64,000 nucleotides of DNA, from positions 63,637 to 127,636 of the forward strand of contig CDMY01000308.1 of assembly GCA_001179505.1 (NCBI GenBank), written 5' to 3'. The stretch is from Vitrella brassicaformis CCMP3155. Taxonomy: Eukaryota; Protista; Chromerida. This document shows positions 24,711-37,124 of the stretch, piece by piece (the stretch's first letter is position 1; each line of letters opens with the position of its first letter). The notes beneath the pieces were generated by a model, which had not been told where the DNA came from, made no database searches, and saw only the letters and a list, made by a program, of their open reading frames with translations. A program made the position numbers and the translations under genes.

Positions 24711-26593
24711 GTGATTGATGCGATGGGGGGCAGCTGTTCGGTTTGGTCAGATGTCAGCTGCCTGCGGCTCGAGGACATCGAAATCGTGCATGAGTACGAA
24801 ACCACTGAGGCGACCCGGCGGCTGACTGAGGGAATTGTCCGTCGCACCTTCACTTACCAGCAGCAAGTCACGGAACTCATCCAACGGCAAGAGGCCGACG
24901 CGGATCATGTGCTCATGCTGCGTGTGCATGGTCTCGAACCGGACAATATAGCGTGCCCCTGGCCGTATCGGCTTCTGGCGCTTGTCATCGAGAACCTGAG
25001 CGACCACACAGTGCCGACCATGGGAGCCCTGTGCAGCGAATCGGATTGGCGTGTACGTCGTGTTTGTTTCCCTCCCTGGCCGTCTCGTCAGCTGGAGGCG
25101 GCCATAATGAACGCTCTGGTTAGCAGCAGAGAGGCACATGCGAACTTACAGACATCATCCTGCTGTCTCTCTGTCTCTCTGTCTGTCTGTCTCTCTGTCT
25201 GTGTCTTTCTGTACGTCAGATCGACGGCGGGGCCAACATCGACAGCGTTGCCACCGGGGACGACGACACGCCACTTCGTGTGGCCATTCGTGGGGTCAAC
25301 CAGAGTGCCTTGAGAGTCCTTCTGGTGCGCAACGCTGCGGTGCATAGTCCTTATGGCCCCTTTGTCTTGGACCTGCCCGTGCCCCGCAGCGGCGAGCATC
25401 GTGACAATCCAGTGTGCCGCGACTACGAAAAAGGGCTCTTGTCGATCTATCGGCTGCTTATCCAGCATGATGCCACACTTGCAACCGAACAAGACCAGCA
25501 GCGCTGCAATCTGGTTCGAGCAGCCAAATACGAGCACGGGCACTATTCCCAGGCCTTCATCGATGAGTACATAGACTTGCTGGCGGCAAACGGGGCTGAT
25601 GTGAAAGCACAGAACAGCAATGGGTTGACGCCTCTGCACAATGCGGCATCGCTCGGCTCCACCTGTATGGTCGCCTCCCTGGGCCGCCATCTGACCGCTG
25701 CGGACGTCAACAGTGGGACCCGAGGCGATCCCAACAAGACGCCCCTAGCTTTAGCCGCAAGTGGCCTCGAATCAGCGATTTGGACATCGGAGAACGACAC
25801 AGAAAATCAAGAACAAAAGGACAAAGCGCTCAGCGAGATTCCCCGCTTCTGGGCGACGATCCGCGCGTTGCTGAGAATGGGGGCCGACATCGACCGCATG
25901 CCCACAAACACCACTGACCAGATCGGTCGTCAACAGCTGGTGCTGCCCGACTACATGATCGTCCTGAACGAGTTGCCCACTGCGGCGATGTCAGCTGTCA
26001 ATGCGGCCCTGCGACCTCAACGCAGCCTCGCTGCCTTCCTCATGAAATCCCTCCCCACCCTGCTCGCCCACCTGCAGTGTCTCTCTGGCGCCTCTGTGGC
26101 CATCCCGCCTCCTATCCCCGCCTCCCATGGATATGGCCCACTCGAGGGAGAGGCCATTGGCTGGAAGATCGCCGCCATGTGCTTCGACTGGGATGCTGCT
26201 GCCACGATGATCAGTCATACTCTGCCATTCCGCAACAGCACCGTCGCTCGTCGCGTGACGGCCGCAGCGGATCACTTTGTCAAGTCGGCTGTCTTCGAGG
26301 CCAGCTGCAACAAGGAGGTGGTGGGCAGGACGACTAATGTCGGCGGCGAAACGGTGCGTGTCCCGCTGCAGTGCTTCGCCATCACGGCTGACAGCCGCCC
26401 GAATGAGGTCGTGCACACGCATGGCCGTCTAGGGCTGCGTGAGGTGGTGCACAGGGCCCGGCTGGACGAGGCGGCCCGGTATGACCTGGTGGGCGTAGTC
26501 AAGGGCTTCAATGAGCATTTGGGCATTGACGACTGCCAGCTGTCGTGGCGCATCGACGATAGGGGGCAGTGGGTGTCGCTCGAGATCGACTGA
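24711..26593 (+). CDS. Ankyrin-repeat protein of a lineage-expanded family
   Basis: Exon 24711-25118 (...RQLEAAIMNAL) splices across intron 25119-25219 to IDGGANIDSVATGDDDTPLRVAIRGVNQSALRVLL. Further ANK repeats GADVKAQNSNGLTPLHNAASLG and KTPLALAA; stop at 26591-26593. An acceptor at 24710 implies an upstream exon. Confidence 0.85.
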
Positions 26594-26967
26594 GCGGCTG
26601 CTGAAGTGGAGAGGGATATTAGACAGATTGGCCGAGTGATTTGTGAGGTGTAGTCGATCAGGACTGAGCTGCTTTAGCAAGCTGCAGAGAGACAGCTTGG
26701 TGAATCTCATGACTGCGAGCCATATGTCAGTGGCAGACACTTCAATACGTCTGCGTGTGTACGAATGCCGTGACCTGTCTCGAGTGAGCCTCATCGGCTC
26801 ACAGTGAAGTAGTTCACACACACAATGGTACACACACGCACAGGTGAGAAGGTAGACAAGCAGAGACAGACGTGTTGAGTGCGTGGCCACAACACAAACG
26901 CCATACACATACACCCACAGAGGCAGCACGGGCATATGTGTGTGTCGTTCCTTTGTGTGTGTTGCAG

Positions 26968-27046
26968 GTACGGTCATCGCCCGGGTGAGAGCAGCCACCG
27001 CCCCGAGTTGGCCTGGGTCTATGTCGGCAGCCACAACCTCAGCAAA
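26968..27046 (+). pseudogene. Orphan duplicated TDP1 exon (YGHRPGESSHRPELAWVYVGSHNLSK) with flanking intron sequence
   Basis: 79-nt exon of the same length and phase as TDP1 exon 62412-62490 and close in sequence; intact AG/GT; homologous intron flanks; no other TDP1 exon recognised nearby. Confidence 0.85.
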
Positions 27047-27103
27047 GTCAGTGAGCCAACAGACAAACAACCAGTACTGTGTGGTCTCTCTCGCACCATC
27101 CTC

Positions 27104-27340
27104 ATGTAACCGAATACACGACGTGTAATCAACACGTCCATGTGCATGTGCATGTCCATGTACCCAGCCGGATCGGGTGCATGTCGTATGTGCTTACAGT
27201 CGGGTCGATCGGGTGTTGTGTTGTGTTGTGTGTGATACTAGGTGCACACATCATACACGCGGCTATGCACATCTCATTGGCCGCTTTTTTATGACTGACT
27301 CGGTCATCGGAAGGCCTTACTTGGGTGCATACAGACATTT
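27104..27340. repeat. Dispersed non-coding repeat, copy 1 (copy 2 at about 37125-37300)
   Basis: atgtaaccgaatacacgacgtgtaatcaacacgtcca vs atgtaaccgtgtacgcgacgtgtaattgacgcgtcta, then collinear blocks cagccggatc/cagcccgatc, tggccgctt and gcatacagacattt/gcacagagacattt. Confidence 0.6.
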
Positions 27341-27988
27341 CTTAGAGGCAAGTGATGAGGTGGCTGGAAGATGGGATATGAGGGCGCACCGGTGTTGTAG
27401 CTGCCTTAGATAGATGCGGGGATCAAGGTGTCAGCTTGGTGTCTCTCGTGATGTGGGAGTGGCAGGGGGAGGGGAGGGGTGAGGTATGGGTGGCAGCCAG
27501 CTCAGTATGTCTGCGTGGCGTCTGAGTGATGACATTGATGCGATTCCAAGGGAAAGCAGCGATTGGAGATGCAACAACAACAAAAAGTGTCTATCATCTG
27601 TCCATCCATCCATCCATCAACGCAGGCAGGCCAGGCAGCAGCAAACGACCCACGCACCACACCACACAAGAGTGCATGCAGTGAAGTGAGTGCCCGATGG
27701 CCGCCATGGGAGTCGTGCTGGTGGCCATCAGGCACTCATCTCTCATGCGCCTGTCTGTCTGTCTGTCTGTCTACGCACCCCATATATTTACACACACCCA
27801 GCCGAAGTGGTCAATTTCCCACCCAGCCGCCTCAAACACACCGCAGCTAGCCATCGCTATCCCTCTATGAGACCTGCTTATAGAATCAACCGCCGCCCGA
27901 AAACATAGCCAATCTGACCATAGACACAGATAGACAGGCAGCTGCATCAACGCAGACCCTGTGGTGGGTTTCGGTGTGTCGCACCTGT

Positions 27989-30116
27989 CTACTGTGAGCC
28001 ACGGGAGGCTGTCAATGTGATTAGGCCCCCCACCGGCCAATCATCCGCCCAGCTCTCCACCGTCACGGGGAAGTGTCCGATCGTCGAGCCGTCGGGGAAG
28101 ACGGCACGGATGGACGCGCGAGCTGGGTCTGATGCTCCGGCTGAGAGGCTCACAGACTGCGGCCCGGGGACGTGGTCGAACAGGGCCGACAGGAGGGCGG
28201 GGGTGAAGGCGGCACGAATGCGGTTGCCAGCACCCTCCGCAGACACTGAACACGCACACACGAGACGGCAGTGAGAAAGAGATATGGATCGCATCTTTGT
28301 CTTTGCTCACCCTGATAGACGTAGAAGCACAGCTTGTCTATCCTCGGCAGATTAGTGCGATTGACAGCAGCTACCATCTCCTCAGTCCCCAGCTCATCTA
28401 GAGCCCCCTCGCTCAGCCAAATCATCACCTTCCGCACCTCCCTCCCGCCGCCCAGAACTCCCAACACGCCCAGCGCATCAACAGACAACCTCCTGGTGAC
28501 GACCTCGGCCACCTGGTTGGCCATCTTGTCAGCCAGGAGATGACCGACACTCGCACACAGCCAGCCACAGATCCACAGCTGACCCGCTCTCGGGAATCGC
28601 TGCAGGTGCTCGATGATGGTGGGGTGCGGCAAGGGTGTGTGGGGTGGAGGCGGTGGGTCGATGTGGCCCCGCACAGACACCTTCTCAGCGCGATCGAATG
28701 AGAGGCTGGATGCGACGTCGACGGCCGCGTCGCTGGGGCTGTCGATAGGGTGGGTGAGGTCGTGCTGAGTGATGGCGTAGACCACACATCTCGCCCGCCG
28801 CGCGAGCTGGTGCATGATGGCCTTGAAGAGGGGGGAAGGATTGGGGGGGAAATCGTCGCTGTAGAACAGGGACAACTCGAAGTGCTGGACGAAAGGCGAG
28901 CTGCTGAATGCGACTTGGGCGTCGGGTCGGCAGCATGCCCTGCGGAGCGACTCGACCGACTCCACGAGGGGAAGGATGCTGCCGTCGATGGAGCGAATCT
29001 CCATCCACAGGGTGAGCCGGGTGAGTGTCTGGCGGCATCCACGCGACCACAGCGCTGCCTGAAACGGACACACGAGTGAGAGGCCATGAGAGAACAACAC
29101 ACCCGTCATCCTTCCCATGTGTTGGTAGGTCACCTGCAGTCGGTCCACCGCTGCACGAGCAGCGTCAGGACTGCCGCGAAGGACGACGGTGCCGATGCGT
29201 TCCAGATGTCCCAGAGGCCCCGGCTGCCCGGCCGCTGCCACCGGCATGTACTCAAACACACCCGCCCACTCGTCAGCCTCAAATTCCCCATCCACATGCC
29301 GCAGCGAACGAGACGAGCCGACGAACTGTCCCACATCACTCGCATCCCACCCCTGCTGGGCAAGGCGCTCGAATGACGGCATCAGCCAGCCCCTGTTGGC
29401 CAGGCCGGAATGAGCGAGAGTGACGCCACTGACAGTCTCGAGGGCGCCAAGGGAGGGGGGCGGCTGCACGATGGACGGGAGGGGCGGGTCACGTCGCTGC
29501 AGTGACTGCATCTCCCTCCTGGTCAGCTGGGCGCCCTCCAACGTGATTGTCCTCAGCGTGCTGCCCTGCATGTTGGCTGCCCGCCGGCCGGCAACGTGCC
29601 CCTCGATCGTCTTGATGAAGACATCAAAGCACCAGCAAACGGCGCCCATGGGATAGCGCAAGACGATAGCTGTCAGCCGTGTGAGCCGGGCCGCCCATTT
29701 GGTGACCAGATCTAGAGGGACTCGCTGCCAGATGCGCCGCTCCGCGCTGTCGGATGAGCTTATGATGAGGTTGCGGTGCTTCGGCAATGAGTGCTGCGAG
29801 GTGTTGTCCGACAGCTGGACGAGTAGACAGAGGGGGAGGAAGGCCGTGATGCAGGTGAGCAGGCCAGGCTGCACAAGATGAAGACAAAGAGCGACAGTGA
29901 GCCATCATCTCTCCATTGCGTCTGCCGTGATTTCCTCACCGTGTCTGATATCTGCTGCCTCAGTTCCCTCTCCCTCTCCTCCCTCTGTGCCTGTCGCCCC
30001 TCCTCATCGCTCGCAGCAGCAGAAGATGACGGCTCGGTGGCGGCCTCGCGTGGCCTGCAACGACACGCACATACAGTGGACGATGATCCAGCACACATTA
30101 AAGGCACGGCGTCCAT
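27989..30116 (-). CDS. Lineage-specific hypothetical protein (expanded family, possible F-box-like N-terminus), multi-exon
   Basis: Long GC3-rich frame 28150-29874 with short introns (e.g. about 29062-29132). First exon MDAVPL...RERELRQQISDT splices to PGLLTCITAFLPLCLLVQLS; last exon ends TASRGSQ-stop at 27989. Confidence 0.7.
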
Positions 30117-30679
30117 CCATCGTGCAGCAATGCAGCCCCACCTGACGGCCGTCATCGGCAGCAGCAGCAGCAGCAGCAGCGTCAGACATGACTGTCCGTC
30201 ACCCAATGAAGCAAGCACCAGACATCGCTGTGGATGAAGCGCCTGAAACACGCCAAGCAGTGAATGTGGTGCTATTGTCGGCCGAGCTGTCGGCGCGTTG
30301 CTGTTCGTCTTTGCTTCGCGGCACTCACTCGTGTCGTTCATCGTTCATCGATTTATCATCGATGTTTCGATGGAATGCCTTGCATCCCGATCAGCGAGCC
30401 ACGAAAAGGGCAACATCGAAGTGAATAAGCTCATCATACGGGTCGAGCTCTTTGAGCTCGCATCCCCAGGGCACGCAGTGGGCGCGCTGGCGGTGCGTCG
30501 TGAAGTGGACCTTCTTCTGCTTCGCTCAAAGATATCGGCTCTGCTGTGTTGTCTCATCTTCCTTTTGCCCTTCAATTCGGGGGATTCGAAGGTGGGAGGC
30601 AGGGCAAGGGCGGGAAGCACAAGGGAGGCAGGGAGTGATGCATGCAAGAATGCTTCGATGCATTGCTGTCCTTTCACAG

Positions 30680-32517
30680 GCATTTGGCGTGAGCCGTTGC
30701 CGTTTCATCACCGCCTGCAGGCCGCCAGACAGGCTCAGCCGGGTGCGAGAGGAACACATGAGAGCAAGCCATCATGTAGGCAGCTTTCTCCTGTATCCTG
30801 CCTTTCTGGGTGTGCTGCTTTACAGACCCTATGTCGTTGCAGCAGCTCTACGAGACGAGCCGGCGCGACAACACGGCAGACTGCTGGTGGGAGGAGGAGG
30901 GGGGCAACGACAGCCTCGGCCACCGGCTCTTCTTCGGGGTGAGCATTCTTCCCCCACTAGCGTCGCTGAAGTTCAGCGAGCAGACACCCGACCCGACGGA
31001 TGGGTCCTACACCCAGGAGTGCGGCCTTCATGCGTGCAACATCGCCCTGCAGTACCCCGCGTTGCCACACGAGAAGGCGTACTTCAAGCGGACAACCAAC
31101 GACGCCTTGACGGCCGACGGGGTGCGGCGCGAGGAGGACTGGCACCGACTGTGCCTGGGGGACATCGGCCGATTCATCAGCAACAAGCGGAGAGACGACA
31201 AGGAGCCAGGCGTGGGCGAGGGCGAGAGGACGTCGAAAGGGGCGAAACCTACCACCTCACTCAAGGGGGTGAGTGATGAGGGAGGGAGAGCGATATGGTG
31301 ATATCCGTTTGGCTCCTTCGTTGTGTGTGTGTGTGTGTGTATGGATGGATGTGTGTGTGTAGGTGAAGGGCGACGATAATGCGCTGTGTTCGAAGGTCGG
31401 TCTGCTCACGGACCTGAATGAGGAGAGGGCGGGGGCGGTGATCGCTATCATGCTACGTGAGGATGAACACCTGCTGACCTTCAAGCCGCTGCGAGAGGGA
31501 TTTTGGGCTGACGGCGACTCCATCGTCGCCAACAACCGCAGCCGCCGCCTGATGACTAAGAGGGACACCGCAGAGAGGGTGACCAAGGTGCGCTCTCACA
31601 TATGACACACATCACGCGACCAGCGACTTTTGTACTCTCATTTCGGTCCATTCAGGACTCCATCGTGGTGTTTGGGGACGAGAAGGCTTACAATGCGGCG
31701 AAGAAGCAACAGCAGGACAACCGAGATGCGCCCATCGCATTAGACGATGACGACGAGCTGCAGCCCCCGGCTCCAGCAGCAGCAGCCGCGGCAGACCACC
31801 CACCTCCCATCGACATGGAAGCCGAGGTTGGGGACAGCCATGCGCCCCAGCACCCTCACCCCGCACCGCATTCGAAACAGCAGGCTGACCGACATGACGA
31901 TGAGGGTATGGAGGTCGAGGTAGGGGGAGGCGGGGACGCTGCGTTGGCCGTGGGCATCGGGGGCGGCGGTGACGCTGTTGGGGGCGGCGAGGCACGGGCG
32001 GCTGCCCATGATATGGACATCGACAATGGCCATGGTGAGTGAGTCAAGCAGTGAACAGACAGATCGACAGACAGGGAATAGGGAGGGGGAGGGAGGGAGT
32101 GTTCTTCGGATACACGCCTCAACATGTTTGTTGTGCGTGCCTTCACTGCAGAAGGGCGCGGCGCGCAGCAAGACGATGAGTACGCAGTCACACACACACA
32201 CACACACACACACAACACGCAGCCCGACCGGTCCTCATGCACCTGTGTGGTCGATGACTGGTGACTCATTCAGGTTGTCCCTCGCCGAGCGTCTCAAGGC
32301 CAAGAAGAACAACAAGAGGAAGGCCGCGGAGGGAGAAGAGAGAGAGCGCCAGGAGGGGCCCCCGCCGCCCAAGAAGTCTCGCTTGCTGGAAGAGATGGCC
32401 GACACGGACAGCTGGCAGGCTAAGAAGGGGCGCATCGACCTCAATGGCGGGTACCGACTCCGCCGCACAAGAGTGCGCGCCAGGCGGTGTGTGGACGCTA
32501 CACGTGCCCTCAGCTAG
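30680..32517 (+). CDS. Divergent Josephin-family deubiquitinase with acidic and basic low-complexity tail
   Basis: GSYTQECGLHACNIALQ (Cys 31020-31022); intron 31269-31362; IMLREDEHLLTFKPLREGFWADGDSI (His 31468-31470, Asp 31516-31518). Tail has DDDDELQ, poly-Ala and KAKKNNKRKAA..PPPPKKSRL; stop at 32515-32517. 5' exon(s) uncertain. Confidence 0.65.
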
Positions 32518-33149
32518 TCCGGCCACATCTGTATAGTCCGATTAGCTGTGATGGCCGTCTAGAGAGGAGATTGGGGCCATCTGTATGTCTGCGTAGTCGG
32601 TGTTCGTGCGGGCGTCTGGTCGGTCTTTTTCTTTTCACACGACTTACTCACTCGTTGCAGTGTGGCATAGGTCCAGTCAGACATGGCCATCACACACACC
32701 CATACAAGGAGCCATGTTGATTCGTTCACTCCGGTGCCCGCCTCCCTGTGTGCCTGCCTGCCTGCCTGCCGCTGAGAGTCATGGGGGAAGGTCTGTCTGT
32801 CTGTTTTCCAAATGGTCTGTGATATGTGACGTCGATGGGTGCGGTGCCCCGCTCTCTGTTTCTGTTCATTCTTCACGAGCGGGAATGGGGGCGGGGGCAA
32901 CGGCATGACTGGCGAGCGTTGGTGTTGCTGGCTATGGGACGGAATATGAGTGCGAGGTGCCCTACTCCTATGACATCTGGCAGGCCCTGGCCACCCTCAG
33001 GTAGGTACCTAAAGCGGCTGGTCGGTGTATGTCTGTGTGCACTTGTATGTTTGTCTGTCTCTGTCTGTCTGTCTGTCTGTCTGTCTGTGTATGTGTTGTC
33101 TTCAGTGTGCGGCTGACTAGGCGTACGTGGCTGATTGGCTGACGCGCAC

Positions 33150-35585
33150 CGTCACCCAGATGCCCTTGTTCTTCGAGCGCCGCGACAACCTCTGTCTGGC
33201 AAGGGAAGGAGACCAACAAAGACGGCACAAGTAAGTCCACTACATGCAGCTGGATGCTGCAGAGAGGGCTCGATACACAGACACGCACGCCATATGGATG
33301 TGTTCCTCCCTCGTTGTTGGGCATGTCTGGAGGCCTTCAGGTCATCATCATCCCAATCTTGGCGATAATCGTCGAGCACCAGGCCTTCCCCGCGCCCACC
33401 GACGCAGCAGCCGTGATGCAGTGCGCCGACCAGCCTGTGTTTCCTGGAGCCGACCTGATTCGGAAGGTCATGAGCGACATGCTTCAGCAGAAGGACCAGC
33501 AGGGCAAGCAGTACACACCTGCTGAGGACGCGCTCAAGTGAGGGAAAATGGGGGTGGGGGCGGGGTGGGTCGATGAGCAGACGCATGTGTGTATTCGTGT
33601 TTTGTTCTTTCTCAGGGTGGAGTTGCTGCGTCTGGCCACCAACCATTCTGGCTCAGTCGGTACGCGCACAACGGGCGTAGAGCCACCTGCGGAGCGAGCT
33701 CAAGACCGTCTAGCCAGCTGTGGGGCTAAATCACCATCTGCAGGTTCGCCGACGCATACGACACGCCCTCCAAGATCACCGTCCAGGCCTTCTATGTGGC
33801 GCTGCTGAAGCAGCACGAGGACGACACCGCGCGCGCCCTGGACATAATGACCCCGCGGATCGGCGACTCGGGTGTGCCCAATTGGGTGCGGTGCGCACTG
33901 CGGACTCTCATTGACGAGGGGCAGGCACAACGTCAGCCAAACCGTCTACATATGGGAGCTGGTCAGTCAGCTGGCACACACACGCATGTGGATCCATCCA
34001 TGCGCTCTGTTGGTGGTTGTGTGAATATGTGTGCGTGTCAGATAATTCGCCACGCCGAAGGCCAAGTTCACCGCCTCGGCCTCGGCATCAGAACACAGAC
34101 GCGTCGCACTAGACACGGCAGCGCTCGTCGTCTTGGAAGTGGCAGAGCGTCCCGTCTCAAGTGGAGAGAGATACTCCAGCCAAGGAGGGCCTTGCTGTTT
34201 GCTCCTTTCCCTTCGCGAGCAGCAGACGGCCCGCCCTTCTCGAAAGAGAGTCTGGCAAGGCAGCAGCACTGCGGCGGCAGCAGCGGGTGAATGGTGCACA
34301 CAGGCAAGGCAGCTTCAAGCGGGGATTGACTCTTCGGTTCGCCAGCTTCAAGCGACGGGCTTGACCGATTCTAACCCACACGTAAGCCATCAAAAGGACA
34401 ATCCATGCACGCATACAAAGGCACCTCTGTGTGTGTGTGTGTCGGTGTGCGTCGCTCAGTTGGCGGCGATGACGGTGACGAGACGGCCATAGACGAGAGC
34501 GACATCCGCACGCCGGCCGATCTGCTGATGCAGCGCCGCGACAAGCTCGACTTCGGCATTCTCGTCAACTTCCTCATGCGCACCGCTCTCCATCTCAGCG
34601 TCAAGGACGACTTCAATCTGAGGAAGCGCGCTTTCGACCTTTTCTGAACGTATGCCAGCACTAATAGAACAACACACAAAAGCCATGTGTGTGCCGGGGT
34701 GTGTGTTTGTGTGTGTGGCAGGTCGCTTGCGTTGTGGCGATGATCAACTACCTCGCTGCCTCACAAGAAGCTGCAGAATCTGTCGCCATACGACCAAAGT
34801 ACTTACTGGACTGGTACGTTGACCTGTCAGACACGCGCCCACAACACATACGATCTGCTGTGTGTGTGTTTTCTGTGTGGTGTAGACGGCGCTGATATTG
34901 ACGGGCAAGATGCTGGAACAAGAGCGGAACGTCCGCCGTCGCCACTCCCCTGGCTGTGGCCATGGGACCATTCAGAAGCGAAGGCGTCCCCAACAGCGTC
35001 ATTCTGGTGCATGCATCAATCAGCGAGCTCGTGCAGATGGCCGCCTGCCGGCTCTCGACTACCTCCCCACCTGCGAGTTCCTTGACGGCATGGTCGGCGG
35101 GTGCAGCACCGTTGGCGACGTCCTGCGGAATGAGGACTATGCCGCGGCCCTCTGGCGGGAGCTCTTCGCCCAGCTGTGGGCGACCTTCAGGGGCGGCGAG
35201 AGAGAGCGCATCGCTGAGGCGCTCGTCAATTTCCTCGGCAGGAGCTCCACACGCAGCCAGGAGCGGTTCGTGCCGAGAGTACATCAAGTGGTGCTGGGGG
35301 GCGCTTTAGGGTGCTCGCCCGACATTTGCAAGTGGTCGCCCCACCAGCTGGACGGATCGCGGAACCTGACAAGGGATGGCAGCCTCCACAGGTATGTATC
35401 GGCAAGCACACAGAAATTACTCCTTTCACCTGTCTCTGTGGGTGTGTGCAGTGTCTGAACATGATGTACCTACCGTGATCTAGAGGACGACTATCGATCG
35501 CGATGGCCTCTGCTGCCGCACCCGCGTCAAGTAGTTGGAGACCAAGCAGGCGACTTCCCTAATGCGGCACATCCACGGCCACTAG
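33150..35585 (+). pseudogene. TRRAP: TRRAP/Tra1-like (PIKK pseudokinase scaffold) internal fragment, degenerate
   Basis: Collinear TRRAP-like segments: VELLRLAT; KITVQAFYVALLKQHEDDTARALDIMTPRI..NWVR|IIRHAEGQ; FLMRTALHLSVKDDFNLRKRAFDLF; MINYLAASQ; EFLDGM..LWRELFAQLWATF..RERIAEALVNFLGRSSTRSQERFVP..CSPDI; EDD..RTRVK*LETKQA. Lesions: TGA after FDLF (34645-34647), frameshift near 35050, TAG near 35531. Confidence 0.7.
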
Positions 35586-35923
35586 TGAGACACAGAGAGG
35601 GTCGGCAATTGCACACGCCCCACCACATTGCGTGTGTGTGTCTGTGTGTGTGTGTGTGTGTGTCTGTGTGTGTGTCAGAGTTGGTTGAGGGCGTGAGTTC
35701 CCCCTGCCCAACCTCCGACGCCACCCTAGGATACGCAAGCAGGCTTGCGCGAGAAACCGCTCAAACAATGGTGAGTGAGTGAGTGGGTTCACACACCTGG
35801 GTGAGACGAGCCTGCCTGCCTGCCTGCCTCTGTGTGTTTGTTCAGCCGCAATGTCCTTCAGCAGTGGCGTGCCTAGAGTGCTGGTTCGGGGTGACCATCC
35901 CCGACGCGCAGAGAGAACTGTTT

Positions 35924-36257
35924 GCTGGCCGGCCTCTCCATGGGCGCATGTGGGGATCACTGCGGGGGGGCGGGACCTCATATCCCGACCCTTCACAAGT
36001 GGCCTCACCGTGTCAACTGGGGATGTGCCGGCCGGCCAGCCAGCCACGGAAGCACGCACACTTTCAGTCGCACCCACCGTCTGCTCTGTTTTTCTTACCT
36101 TTGTGTGGTGGTTGGGTGGGTGTAATGGAGCTGTTTCTCTTGGCGTGGCTGCGTCTGCATGGCTGTCGACCGCTTGTTCTCTTGTCTGGCCGGCCGGCCT
36201 CTCCACGGGCGCGTGTGTGGCGGTCGCTGCGTGGGGGCGGGACCTGATATCCCGACC
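35924..36257. repeat. Pair of about 70-bp GC-rich direct repeats (35924-35990 and 36190-36257)
   Basis: ggccggcctctccatgggcgcatgtggggatcactgcggggggcgggacctcatatcccgacc vs ggccggcctctccacgggcgcgtgtgtggcggtcgctgcgtgggggcgggacctgatatcccgacc. Confidence 0.8.
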
Positions 36258-37124
36258 TCCACGTTTGTGTCGTTGCCGCGTGAACGTGGAGATGCGCCGG
36301 TCGTGTCGCGCCAACACCACCACCCCTTGTCATTTTGCTGTTTGTTTTTCTCACCACTCATTTCTTTCGCACCATCTGGGACTCGGTGTCCACGTTGATT
36401 GATTCGACGAGTGCGTGGATGATCATGAAGGCGTTGCCGGCCGATGGACGCACGCATCTGTGTGCGTGTTTCCATGCGGACTTACGCGACATAAGTGCTA
36501 TTTGTAACACGTGTGCCTGCTCATGGTATGTAAGTACTACCTACTACCTGATCTGTGTCTCGTGTGGTCGGTCACCGGCAGGCAGGCAGGCAGGCAGGCA
36601 GGCAGACTTGCGCACACAGCAGCGATTTCGACCGATAGGCAGGCATAGTGGCTGTGATTTAAGTATAGGTGTAGCTAATAGACGGGCACTGACTGCACCA
36701 TGGCTGTCTCCTGCACACTCACTGGATTGGGTGCAGTTGGCCGCTGCTCACCTACTGCATATTTGTGCCAATTTTGTCGTCTTTTTGTCGTCTTTTGTTC
36801 GCCCGCTGCTTTGTGATTCGGTTCGCATCACACGCACGCATTCGCCCGGGTGGTCGCTTTGGGGCGGGGTGGCGGTGGCCATGTGGAAGTGACAATTCAG
36901 TCATTCTATGAATCAAGACACACGCACATGGTGGCGTGCCCCTTTGGGTGGTTTGTGTGTCCGCCAGCTGTGTGTGCATCGGTCGTGTGTCGCGTGGGAA
37001 AGACGTTTTGTCGCGTGGAGAAAGGGGCAGAGAGCGGGGCGTCTGTCGGTTTGCCAAGAGAGCTGAATGTCTGTGTGTGTGGTCTGGTATTGTGACTGAT
37101 CGTAGTCGTGTGTGGCCTTTGTTT

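Noticed and set aside
31730-31770. DDDDELQ as an ataxin-3-type ubiquitin-interacting motif
   Set aside because: Lacks the following xAL/IxxS helix; Pro-rich sequence follows instead.
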